Shown piece after piece: positions 13,341-26,700 of a stretch of 64,000 nucleotides of DNA. Position 1 is the stretch's first letter. The number at the start of each line of letters is the position of its first letter. Source of the DNA: Macrostomum lignano (Eukaryota); the NCBI GenBank assembly GCA_002269645.1, contig NIVC01001778.1:1-64000 (forward strand), written 5' to 3'. The position numbers and the translations under genes were made by a program. The notes beneath the pieces were generated by a model that saw nothing but the letters and a program-made list of their open reading frames with translations, made no database searches and had not been told where the DNA came from.

Positions 13341-13894
13341 CTATTCATTGCTATTTACTACTAAAAGCAACTGAAATAACGGACAAGCAACAAAAATCAG
13401 TTTAAAATTAAACGGCAATGAAACGAAAACCAATCGTCATCGACAAGCAGTCGGTCTCGCAGTTGTTTATTTTAAAATATGTTTTGTTTGCTTACAAACA
13501 AACTTATTGAACGGAGCGCACTCTACTGAAAATAATAATAAATGTAAAAGCGGCTGGGCTGTTACAAAGATGGTTGCTAATATACCAGTACGCAGCTTTC
13601 AAATTTTAAAACGAATAATTATTACAAGAAACATTAGTTTACTTTAGTGTGCCAGCATACTTACATAAACACTTGAACTTACAGTTACAAAGTTATATTT
13701 CGAGCCGAAAACTGACTTGCAACCAACCAGCCAAGCAGTTATTTTTATGCAATGCAATTCGCACGGCAAAAACAGCACAATGGGAAGCTGCCGTTATTTC
13801 TGTAGCACAACGCTAATATAAATACGTATATCATATGTAACACATTCGTTCACCGGCTTCTGCACAGAACTTACATAATCTTCTCACTACAATT

Positions 13895-14560
13895 CTACCT
13901 AATATCCCTACAAATCCATAATCTCCCTACAAATCTCCCAAATATCCCTACAAAGCTCCCCAAAATCCCTACAAATCTCCCAAATATCCCTACAAAGCTC
14001 CCCAATATCCCTACAAATCCATAATCTCCCTACAAATCTCCCTAATATCCCTAAAAATCTCCCCAATATCCCTAAAAATCTCCCAAATATCCCTACAAAT
14101 CTCCCTAATATCCCTACAAATCTCCCTAATATCCCTACAAATCTCCCCAATATCCCTAAAAATCCATAATCTCCCCACAAATCTCCCCAATATCCCTACA
14201 AATCTCCCTAATATCCTTAAAAAATCTCCCCAATATCCCTACAAATCCATAATCTCCCTACAAATCTCCCTAATATCCCTACAAATCTCCCCAATATCCC
14301 TCCAAATCTCAATAATATCCCCAAAAATCTCCCCAATATCCCTACAAATCTCCCTAATATCCCTACAAATCTCCCCAATATCCCTAAAAATCCATAATCT
14401 CCCTACAAATCTCCCTAATATCCCTACAAATCTCCCAAATATCCTTAAAAATCTCCCTAATATCCCTACAAATCTCCCAAATATCCCTACAAATCTTCCT
14501 AATCTACCTAAAAATCTCCCAAATATCCCTAATCTCCCTACAAATCTCCCTAATCTCTCA
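13895..14560. repeat. 21-bp minisatellite (CCCTACAAATCTCCCCAATAT) downstream of the THOC2 stop
   Basis: Tandem copies are visible. Confidence 0.9.
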
Positions 14561-14724
14561 AGAAATGTTTACAAAATTTGCTTCAAGTACCTCATATAAT
14601 AACTGTGTTTACCTTTAAAAGTACAATTTCCTAGAAACGGGCCAGATCAGTTACAAAAAGCAGCAAACAGACAGCAGCGAACAGCTTCCATCAGCAAAAT
14701 CAATACAACAAATATTTATTGCTT

Positions 14725-17700
14725 TCATTTCTTCGACGCGGACGACTTCGAAACTGATGGCGCTCTGGACGATTTTCTTTGCCGACTGTTCGACCGACCG
14801 CCGTTGCCTTCGCTGCTGCCGCTCTCCTCGTCGCCGCCTCCCCGATCCCGACGATGTCGTTTGGCTTCGGTTTCGCCGGAACCGCTTGGCGATCGGAGAA
14901 CAATCGTGGCCGAACCGGAGGCCGCTTCGCCGGAACCGGAAGCTGCGGCGGCGGCGGCACTTCGCTTTGATCCGCTGGTTGTTTCCGACGATGTGGGCGC
15001 GGCCGAGGCGGCAGGCGCGGCGGCAGACCGTTGATGCTGATGCTCGGTTCGTCGACGCTTTGCATCTGGCTGCTGCTGCTGTTGCTGCTGCTGCTGCTCG
15101 GCTGCTCTACTAGGAGAAGCGCCTGGCGCTTTGCCAGGATTGGCCGTCGAACCGGCGCGACGAATCGAAGCGGTAACGGCGGCGGCCGCGTGCGGGCCGC
15201 CATTGGTGGCGTCGGATTTCTCCACTTTCTCCTACAATAAGAGGCAATACACTTTCTAGCTTAGTTTACTTGCATTTCTACTGGCAGTAGCGTAAGTGGG
15301 TCGATGCTTATGTTATTTAAATTCAATGTTTAAACTAAATTAAACTAAATTAAAAGACTAAAAGACATGGAATCTGTACATTCCTCATTGAATCTATATA
15401 CATTCCCCATTGAATCTGTGCACATTCCCCATTGAATCTATATACATTCCCCATTGAATCTGTGCACATTCCCCATTGAATCTATATAAATTCTCTATTG
15501 AATCTGTACATTCCCCAATTGAATCTGTACATTCCCCAGTTGAATCTGTACATTCCCCAATGGAATCTGTACATTCCCCAATTGAATCTATATACATTCC
15601 CCAATGGAATCTGTACATTCCCCAATGGAATCTGAACATTCCCCATTGAATCTGTACATTCCCCATTGAATCTACGTAAATTATCCATTAAATATGTACA
15701 TTCCCCATGTAATCTGTACATTTTCCATTGAATCTGCACATTCTCTATGTAATCTGTTCATTCCCGTTCTGTACATCCCCTACTGCCCGCACAGCCCACC
15801 TTCTTGTGGAAGGCCTCCTCGGGCACCCATTCGGTTTTGCGCTTCTTCAGCATGCCCAGGTAGCTGATCGCCATGGCCTCCAGGTCCTTGCGCTTCTCCC
15901 GCTCCACTTGGCGAAGCTTCTCAACGCGACGCTCGACGGCGGAGCCGAACTGTTGAATGCGCGGATAGTAGGCCAGTATGCGGATGAGCACGAGTAGGGC
16001 GTTGCGAATTAGCGCGTAGTTGCCGTGCTCCAGACAGGCGATGAAGGCCTTAGTGATGCTGCGGGTTTGGGAACGAATATTATTGACTGATAAATTAACA
16101 CGGAAATTCTGGGAGGCTGACCCAGCAACTGAGGATCTGGGAGGCTGGCCCAGCAACTGAGGATCTGGGAGGCTGGCCCAGCAACTGATGATCTGGGAGG
16201 CTGACCCAGCAACTGAGGATCTGGGAGGCTGGCCCAGCAACTGAGGATCTGGGAGGCTGGCCCAGCAACTGACACTCTAGGAGGCTGACCCAGCAACTGA
16301 GGATCTGGGAGGCTGGCCGAGCAACTGAGGATCTGGGAGGCTGGCCCAGCAACTGAGGATCTGGGAGGCTGACCCAGCAACTGAGGATCTGGGAGGCTGA
16401 CCCAGCAACTGAGGATCTGGGAGGCTGGAAGCTCAGCAACTGAGGATCTGGGAGGCTGGCCCAGCAACTGACACTCTAGGAGGCTGGCCCAGCAACTGAC
16501 ACTCTAGGAGGTTGACCCAGCAACTGATGATCTGGGAGGCTGGCCCAGCAACTGAGGATCTGGGAGGCTGGAAGCTCAGCAACTGAGGATCTGGGAGGCT
16601 GGCCCAGCAACTGACACTCTAGGAGGCTGACCCAGCAACTGAGGATCTGGGAGGCTGACCCAGCAACTGACACTCTAGGAGGCTGACCCAGCAACTGAGG
16701 ATCTGGGAGGCTGACCCAGCAACTGAGGATCTGGGAGGCTGGCCCAGCAACTGACACTCTTGGAGGCTGACCCAGCAACTGAGGATCTGCGAGGCTGACC
16801 CAGCAACTGAGGATCTGGGAGGCTGACCCAGCAACTGAGGATCTGGGAGGCTGACCCAGCAACTGAAGATCTGGGAGGCTGACCCAGCAACTGAGGATCT
16901 GGGAAGCTGGCCCAGCAACTGACACTCTAGGAGGCTGACCCAGCAACTGAGGATCTGGGAGGCTGGCCGAGCAACTGAGGATCTGGGAGGCTGGCCCAGC
17001 AACTGACACTCTGGGAGGCTGACCTAGCAACTGATGATCTGGGAGGCTGACCCAGCAACTGAGGATCTGGGAGGCTGGAAGCTCAGCAACTGAGGATCTG
17101 GGAGGCTGGCCCAGCAACTGACACTCTAGGAGGCTGGCCCAGCAACTGACACTCTAGGAGGTTGACCCAGCAACTGATGATCTGGGAGGCTGGCCCAGCA
17201 ACTGAGGATCTGGGAGGCTGGAAGCTCAGCAACTGAGGATCTGGGAGGCTGGCCCAGCAACTGACACTCTAGGAGGCTGACCCAGCAACTGAGGATCTGG
17301 GAGGCTGACCCAGCAACTGACACTCTAGGAGGCTGACCCAGCAACTGAGGATCTGGGAGGCTGACCCAGCAACTGAGGATCTGGGAGGCTGGCCCAGCAA
17401 CTGACACTCTTGGAGGCTGACCCAGCAACTGAGGATCTGCGAGGCTGGCCCAGCAACTGACACTCTGGGCGGCTGGCGCGCAGACAGATACTCACCGGTA
17501 GTGCCACTTGTGCACAACATGTCGGTAGTTCTCGTAGCTCAGCTGATCCGGCCCCTTACTAGACGGGGCACCGTCGACGCCTTTTCTGAACACTGTGCTG
17601 AACCCTGGGTAGCCTTCGCACTCCCGTTTGTACACATCAACGCTGGAGTGCCACTTCATGATGGTGTCCAGCATGGTCTTGAGGAAGCGACCGTAGCGCC

Positions 17701-20700
17701 TGGCCTCATTCTCGGTCAGGCAGGCCAGCGGCAGGGTGATGTCGTTGAAAATCCGATCGAAGCAGATCAGAGTGGAGAAATTGGCGGTCTTGGAGGCGTG
17801 CAGAATGTAGATGAACTTGGCCGAGTACACCGCGTCCTGGGCTGTGAACAGGATCCGCGGGAACACGCAAAACTGCAGGAAAGTGGTCACCGTGTCAGTC
17901 TTGGTTGATCGCTGCGTGTGAAACCACAGGTCTTTGTCTTTGGCGATGCGGGCTCGAACTCGGGACACGTGGGTGGCCAGCAGGCGCTCTTCCTCTGTCA
18001 GCCGGTCCGTGAGGGCCTGCGGGAAAGGAGGGGCCGGTTGCAGATAGACAGACAGAGACATACACTAAGACAGACTATAAGACAGGCGAAGACAGACAAA
18101 TGGCAGACACAATGGCAGACACTAAGACAGACACCATGGCAGACACTGGAAGACACTAAGACAGACACTATGGCAGACACTATGGAAAACACCATGGCAT
18201 ACACTGGAAGACACTAAGACAGACACAATGGCAGACACAATGGAAGACACTATGGCAGACACTATGACAGACTCTATGGCAGACACTATGGCAGACACAA
18301 TGGAAGACACTATGGCAGACACTATGGCAGACACTGGAAGACACTAAGACAGACACAATGGAAGACACTATGGCAGACACAATGGCAGACACTATGGCAG
18401 ACACTATGGCAGACACAATGGAAGACACTATGGCAGACACAATGGCAGACACTATGGCAGACACAATGGCAGACACTATGGCAGACACAATGGCAGACAC
18501 AATGGAAGACACTATGGCAGACACTATGGAAGACACTATGACAGACACTAAGGCAGACACTAAGGCAGGCACTAAAACAGACACTATGACAGACACTGGC
18601 AGACACTAAGACACTAATGACCAGTCTCACCTGAAGACGCTCCTTCTCCTTCTTCTTCTTATTGGTCTGCATGGCGGCATTGTCCTCCACCGATTTGAGC
18701 TGAGTTTCAATCGCCTGCCTCTGCCGCTTGTAGGCCTCTTTAGGCACCTCCAAATCGCAGCATTGCAGCGTCCAGAATGTGACAAAGAATTCGATGTTCA
18801 GATCGTCCCAAACTTTTTTAGGATAGAGGCCGCGAACTTTCTCGGAAACCTCGCGGGTAACCTCCACGGAGGCGTCAACGAATGAGGTGATTTCTAGCGG
18901 GTCCACAGATTGAGCGTCCTGGGCTGGGCCTTCTGCGGGAAGGGCGGACGAACAAGCATCAGTACAAAAATGCTAGAGGACTACTTTTAGTAGACGTCAG
19001 TTTTTCAAAGGGGAGAGTTTATTTTGTTTAAATTGATACTGAGCTGAAATATTGACTTAGGCACTATATGGTCACATTGAACGGTAACATGATGACCCGA
19101 AACAAAACGGTCACAAAATATGGACACAAATGGTAACCGGTGACCATGACGGTTACAAAAACGGTCACAGCCCCTATTTGTGACCATTCCCGTTTTATAC
19201 GGGGGGTGAGATTTCAGGCACTATAGTGAGATTCAGGCACAAGCGGGGTGAGATTCAGATACAAGACGGGTGACATTTTAGGCACTATAGGGGTGAGACT
19301 CAGATACAAGAGGGGTAAGATTCAGGCAAAAGAGAGGTGAGACTCAGATATAAGAGAGATGAGATTCAGGCACTATAGGGGTGAGATTCAGGCACAAGAA
19401 GGGTGAGATTTCAGGCACTATATAGGGGCGAGATTCAGATACAAGGGGTGATATTCAGGCACAAGAGGGGTAAAATTCAGGCTCAAGAGTGGTGAGATTC
19501 ATACAAGAGGGATGAGATTCAGGCACAAGAGGGATGAGATTCAGGCACAAGAGGGATGAGATTCAGGCACAAGAGGGATGAGATTCAGGCACAAGAGGGA
19601 TGAGATTCAGGCACAAGAGGGTGAGATTCAGGCACTATAGGGGTGAGACTCAGGGCTCCACCATCCCCAACTCTAACTCACTGTCGCCGCCACCGTCAGC
19701 CGATTCAGCCGATGCAGCAGCAGCAGCAGCAGCAGAAGCCGCAGCTTCCCTCTTGCCAGCCCTCAGCTTCCTGTCGCACAGCTGGTTAATAGTGTGAGCA
19801 AAGCCGCTTCTCAACAGGTAGAAGGCGGCATCAGCTGGCACGTGATAGACGTTGATCAGCTGATCGATGCTAGGGCACTGGGCTACAAACTCGTCAGTAG
19901 ATAGCTGCAGCGACAGGAATATGCCGAACTGTATGAGCACGTCCTGGCAGTTGTCGTACAAGCGGCCGCACTGTTTCACGTGACGCTCGGTTGGTTCGCC
20001 GTTGAACACAACGCAGTCGCGCTGCTGAGCCAGCAGGAATACAAATGGCAGTACAAGGCCGTGCTCCATCAGCAGCTCTTTTAGTCGGCTGCTGGACTTC
20101 TTTGTGTTGCGCACCTGGATGATTTTGGATGCGTCTATTTTGTTTGTTTGAAGAAGCAAATTCTAAGAAATGATTTTTGAGGGTCAAATTCTAAAAAATG
20201 ATTTTTGTTGAGGGCCATTTCTAAGAAATGATTTTTGAGGACCGAATCCTAAGAAATGATTTTCATTGTCATTGAGGTACCAATTCTAAGAAATGATTTT
20301 TGAGGTACTAATTCTAAGAAATGATTTTTGAGGTACTAATTCTAAGAAATGATTTTTGAGGGTCAAATTCTAATAAATGATTTTCATTGAGGTATCAATT
20401 CTAAGAAATGATTTTCATTGAGGTACTAATTCTAAGAAATGATTTTCATTGAGGTACTAATTCTAAGAAATGATTTTTGAGGTACTAATTCTAAGAAATG
20501 ATTTTTGAGGGTCAAATTCTAATAAATGATTTTCATTGAGGTATCAATTCTAAGAAATGATTTTCATTGAGGTACTAATTCTAAGAAATGATTTTCATTG
20601 AGGTATCAATTCCAAGAAATGAATTTCGAGGGACTAATTCCTAAGTATGGAGAGTCTAATTCTAAGAAATAATTTTTAGAAGCTGATTGAAATATATGAT

Positions 20701-23700
20701 TTTGAGAATTAAATTTATACAAATGATTTAGCAGTAGTAAATTCAAGTAAATATTTGAGAGCCATAACACTAATCACCCCATACCTGAGAGAAATATCCG
20801 CCCTCAACTCTGAGCAGTTCGCCGCCCAGCATAGCTTCCAACTGCTCCTCCGTGACCTCCTCTGACACTTCAATGCCGGTCATTTTGTGCAGAATTTCGC
20901 GCACTAACAGCAGGTCGGCGCAGCGCTTGTTTTTCAACTGATTCAAGGCGTACTGAAAGCAGCCGGCCAAATCGAATGTGTACTTTTTACACATAGCACC
21001 AACAAATGTGCTCAGTGTGAGCAGTCTTGGACTTTCCTCTGAGCTGTCAGCCAGAGCTTCGATAATGCAATAGGCAAGTACATCGAGACCGAGACTGTTC
21101 AGGTAGCGAAATGAGTCCACAACTGGTGTAACCAGATTGTCGTAGCGGGTGATCTGCTCGATCACTACTTCGAATAGTGGGCCAGGGTTCGAGTGGCTGA
21201 GCTTGCCCAGCTGCCGGCCCTGCTGTTTCACGTTGTCCTTGGTTAGACGCTTCATCACGTATCTGCAAAATGTAGCCAATTCATTGATAGTGCAATAGAT
21301 CCAGTATGAGGGCTTCGGTTTGTGATTTGACTTTCTGATTGTGATTCTAGAATTGGGATTTCTGGGTTCGGAATCGGGACTTACAGATTCAGAATCGGGA
21401 CTTGTGGATTCGGAATCGGGTCTTATGGATTCGGAATCAGGACTTATGGATTCGGAATCGGGACTTATGGATTCGGAATCGGGACTTATGGATTCGGAAT
21501 CGGGATTTACGGATCCGGAATCGGGACTTACGGATTCGGAATCGGGACTTACAGATTCGGAATCGGGACTTATGGATTCGGAATCGGGACTTATAGATTC
21601 GAAATCGGGACTTGTGGATTCGGAATCGGGACTGATGGATTCGGAATCGGGACTTATGGATTCGGAATCAGGACTTATGGATTCGGAATCGGGACTTACA
21701 GATTCGGAATCAGGACTGATGGATTCGGAATCGGGACTTATGGATTCGGAATCGGGACTTACAGATTCGGAATCAGGACTTATGGATTCGGAATCGGGAC
21801 TGATGGATTCGGAATCGGGACTTATGAATTCGGAATTGGGACTTATGAATTCGGAATCGGGAATTATGAATTCGGAATCGGGACTGATGGATTCGGAATC
21901 GGGACTTATAGATTCGGAATCGGGACTTATAGATTCGGAATCGGGACTTATGGATTCGGAATCGGGACTGATGGATTCGGAATCGGGACTGATGGATTCG
22001 GAATCGGGACTTATAGATTCGGAATCGGGACTTATAGATTCGGAATCGGGACTTATGGATTCGGAATCGGGACCTACGGATTCGGAATCGGGACTTATGA
22101 ATTCGGAATAGGAAATTATGAATTCGGAATCGGGACTGATGGATTCGGAATCGGGACTTATAGATTCGGAATCGGGACTGATGGATTCGGAATCGGGACT
22201 TATAGATTCGGAATCGGGACTTATAGATTCGGAATCGGGACTTATGGATTCGGAATCGGGACCTACGGATTCGGAATCGAGAAGCTTACTTGGCCCGTCC
22301 GGTGACCTCAGCCCGGCGCCGGATCATGGCCGGGTGCATGCCTGGCGCCTCCGCTGCCTTCCACTGGCCGTAGAGTCGGTAGCGGAGATCGAATGGCAGA
22401 TGGCGAACCAGAGACCAGACCAGCTCGCCCAGAGGGCAATTAGCTTCGCTGAGACTGAGCGCCGGCAGGATGCACTCGTCTAGCAGGTTAAACACGGCCT
22501 GTGCATGCGCGTGGATTGAAAGGGGCTCTGGATTGAATGCGCTGCTGACACAAGAGAGTGAAAGATGGATGACACAAAAGAGTGAACAGACGGGTGATAC
22601 AAGAGTGAACAGACGGGTGATACAAGAGAGTGACGGATGGATGACACAAGAGTGAAAGATGGATAGCACAAGAGAGTGACAGACGGGTGACACAAGAGAG
22701 TAAAATAAATAGGGTGTGACAGAAGTTGCAGAGTGAACAGACAGGTGCAGAGAGTAAAAAGACAGGTGCAGAGAGTGAACAGACAGGTGCAGGGAGTGAA
22801 CAGACAGATGCAGAGAGTGAACAGACAGTTGCAGAGAGTGAACAGACAGGTGCAGAGAGTGAACAGACAGTTGCAGAGAGTGAACAGACAGACAGATGCA
22901 GAGAGTGAACAGACAGTTGCAGAGAGTGAACAGACAGGTGCAGGGAGTGAACAGAGGTGCAGAGAGAGAACAGACAGGTGCAGGAAGTGAACAGACAGGT
23001 GCAGGAAGTGAACAGACAGGTGCAGGTAGTGAACAGACAGACAGATGCAGAGTGAACAGACAGACAGTCGCAGAGAGTGAACAGACAGTCGCAAAGAGTG
23101 AACAGGCAGGTGCAGAGAGTGAACAGACAGATGCAGAGAGTGAACAGACAGTTGCAGAGAGTGAAAAGACAGGTGCAGAGAGTGAACAGACAGTTGCAGA
23201 GAGTGAACAGACAGGTGCAGGGAGTGAACAGACAGGTGCAGGGAGTGAACAGACAGGTGCAGAGAGTGAACAGACAGGTGCAGGGAGTGAACAGACAAAA
23301 TACCCAAAAGCTACCTGAAAAGCGGCATCAATAACCGCGGACTGCCCAGCCTTAGCTCTGGCAGCTAGGAAAGCCTCAGCCAAGCGGCACAGCTTAGCTA
23401 CCAGTGCTGAATCCAGGCACACAGCCGGTCCCAGATAAGACAATAGCTGAGCAACATTCTTCAAAGCTTCGCCAGGCTCAGCCGAGCTCAACAGATGATC
23501 GGCGACAGCAATGGGAGCCCGATGCGAGCGAACGCAAGCGGGCAGCCGGCAGACGGTAGCGTAGGCGGACTCAATGACGGCGTGGCCGATAGTGCAGAGC
23601 CGCCGGTTCAATGCCGGGTGACAGCCGGCTATGCCCGACGGGAATTTATCCAATAATACTCGAGCGCTATTGAAGTCGCCAGCCTCTAATAGGGCTTCGG

Positions 23701-26700
23701 CCAGGCCTAGCAGCTGATTGTGAGCAAACTGGGCGCCGGCCGGGCCTTGCAGTAGGTCGGCCACGGCGCTACCGGCCACCAGGTTGGATTCCGGGTCTGG
23801 GTCAGCAGCAGCCGCTGACGAGGAATCTGCGGCGTCTAAATCGATGGCCGTTGAAGGTGTCGCTCCGGTTGTGTGCTGCTGCTGGTGCTGCTCTGACTGC
23901 TGCATCAGCGGCGGCGCCATCGGCTGAGTCGGCTGACTTGCTCGGAAGCCGGGGACTGCGAGCTGGATAGTGAAGGAAATTGGGAGCGAGTTTCAAATGG
24001 GGGACTGGTAATTATCACCCGAGTTTCAGGCCGATTCGAGCTGAAGGGCCATGTTGAGACATAGCGATTCTCAGCTGAGACAGGGCAATTCTCAGATGAG
24101 ACAGGGCGATTCTCAGATGAGACAGGGCGATTCTCAGCTCAGACAGAACGATTCTCAGCTGAGACAGGGCAATTCTCAGATGAGACAGGGCGATTCTCAG
24201 ATGAGACGGGGCGATTCTCAGATGAGACAGGGCGATTCTCAGCTCAGACAGGGCAATTCTCAGATGAAATAGGGCGATTTTCTGTTGAGACAGGGCAATT
24301 CTCAGATGAGACAGGGCGATTCTCAGATGAGACAGGGCGATTCTCAGATAATGGCGATTCTAATGTAAGGGAGATTCTAAGATGATAAGGGCGATTCTAA
24401 GGTAAGGGCGATTCTAAGATGATAAGGGCGATTCTAAGGTAAGGGCGATTCTAATGTAAGGGCGATTCTAATGTAAGGGCGATTCTAAGATGATAAGGGC
24501 GATTCTAAGATGATAAGGGCGATTCTAAGGTAAGGGCATTTCTAAGATGATAAGGGCGATTCTAAGGTAAGGGCGATTCTAAGATGATAAGGGCGATTCT
24601 AAGGTAAGGGCGATTCTAAGATGATAAGGGCGATTCTAAGGTAAGGGCGATTCTAAGATGATAAGGGCGATTCTAAGGTAAAGGCGATTCTAAGATGATA
24701 AGGGCTATTCTAAGATAAGGGCGATTCTAAGATGATAAGGGCGATTCTAAGATGATAAGGGCGATTCTAAGATAAGGGCGATTCTAAGATAAGGGCGATT
24801 CTAAGATAAGGGCGATTCTAAGATAAGGGCGATTCTAAGATAAGGGCGATTCTAAGATAAGGGCGATTCTAAGATAAGGGCGATTCTAAGGTAAGGGCGA
24901 TTCTAAGATGATAAGGGCGATTCTAAGGTAAGGGCGATTCTAAGATAAGGGCGATTCTAGGGTAAGGGGGTTTTTTGATAAGGGCGATTCTAAGATAAGG
25001 GCGATTCTAAGATAAGGGCGATTCTAAGATAAGGGCGATTCTAAGGTAAGGGCATTTCTAAGATGATAAGGGCGATTCTAAGGTAAGGGCGATTCTAAGA
25101 TAAGGGCTATTCTAAGATAAGGGCGATTCTAAGATAAGGGCGATTCTAAGGTAAGGGCGATTCTAAGATGATAAGGGCGATTCTAAGGTAAGGGCGATTC
25201 TAAGATAAGGGCGATTCTAGGGTAAGGGGGTTTTTTGATAAGGGCGATTCTAAGATAGGGCGATTCTAAGGTAAGGGCGATTCTAAGATGATAAGGGCGA
25301 TTCTAAGATAAGGGCGATTCTAAGATAAGGGCGATTCTAAGATAAGGGCGATTCTAAGATAAGGGCGATTCTAAGATAAGGGCGATTCTAAGATAAGGGC
25401 GATTCTAAGATGATAAGGGCGATTCTAAGATAAGGGCGATTCTAGGGTAAGGGGGTTTTTTGATAAGGGCGATTCTAAGATAAGGGCGATTCTAAGATAA
25501 GGGCGATTCTAAGATAAGGGCGATTCTAAGATAAGGGCGATTCTAAGATAAGGGCGATTCTAAGATAAGGGCGATTCTAAGATAAGGGCGATTCTAAGAT
25601 AAGGGCGATTCTAAGATAAGGGCGATTCTAAGATAAGGGCGATTCTAAGATAAGGGCGATTCTAAGATAAGGGCGATTCTAAGATAAGGGCGATTCTAAG
25701 ATAAGGGCGATTCTAAGATAAGGGCGATTCTAAGATAAGGGCGATTCTAAGATAAGGGCGATCTGTGACGGGTTTGAAGACTATTCTACGGATAGAGGGT
25801 TAATTATTATTAATATTTTTAAAAAGCTTTCTGCACCGAAAAATAGCGAAATTGAAACTCTCTCGAGGCCAAGTATGCCTGTAACGTTCAACATTACACC
25901 GAGAACAAGAGCCAGCCACCAACCTGATCCAGATTGACATCAAGCGCCGCAGCGTCCAAGAGAGGCGCACTGGCCGCCGCTTTCCTAGCATATTTCTTAG
26001 CCTCTTGAAGCTGCTGTGTCAGCAGTGGCTCCATCTCGGACATGCTCGGCCACAGGTGAGGCAGCAGCAGTCGCAGTTCGGCCAGTTTGGATTTCACAGC
26101 CGCAGCGCAGACTCTGTACAGTCCGGTAGGGGTTGCAGCGCCCTGATAAAAGGTGAACTTGTGACCCAGCAGTTGGCAGAGGTCGGCCGGGTTGGGCCTG
26201 TAGAGTCTGACCATGTCCAGCAGTTGTTCAGCTTCGTCTGAACGAACTTCGCAAGCGTCAAGTACCAGGTCCAGGACTCGGTTCGGGTCTAAGTCGAAGC
26301 ACCCGATTAAGGCCTGTGGGGATGGGGCGGAATTGCCGAGTTCGAATTCGATTCGATTTTGAGATCCCGAGTCTGAGATAACGATTCCGAAATCCCGCTT
26401 TCGATATCTAGACTCTGAAATCCTGATTTTGAGTTTCGATTCTAAGACCCGATTTTGAGATCTCGATTCTAAAATAAATCTCCCTCATCGATTGTGAGAT
26501 CCCCGATTCCGAGATCCCGATTCTGAGATCCAGCTTCCGAGATCCCAATTCCGACATCCTGATTCCGAGCTCCCGATTTTGAGATCCCGATTCCGAGACC
26601 CTGATTCCGAGATCCCGATTCCGAGACCCTGATTCCGAGATCCCGATTCTGAGATCCAGCTTCCGAGATCCCAATTCCGACATCCTGATTCCGAGCTCCC

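Noticed and set aside
16009-17520. CRISPR-like appearance of the 28-bp repeats and many ORFs
   Set aside because: The repeats are head-to-tail with no unique spacers, no cas genes are present, and the context is a eukaryotic intron.
21341-22483. (MDSESGL)n ORFs
   Set aside because: Antisense translation of the THOC2 intron 4 array.
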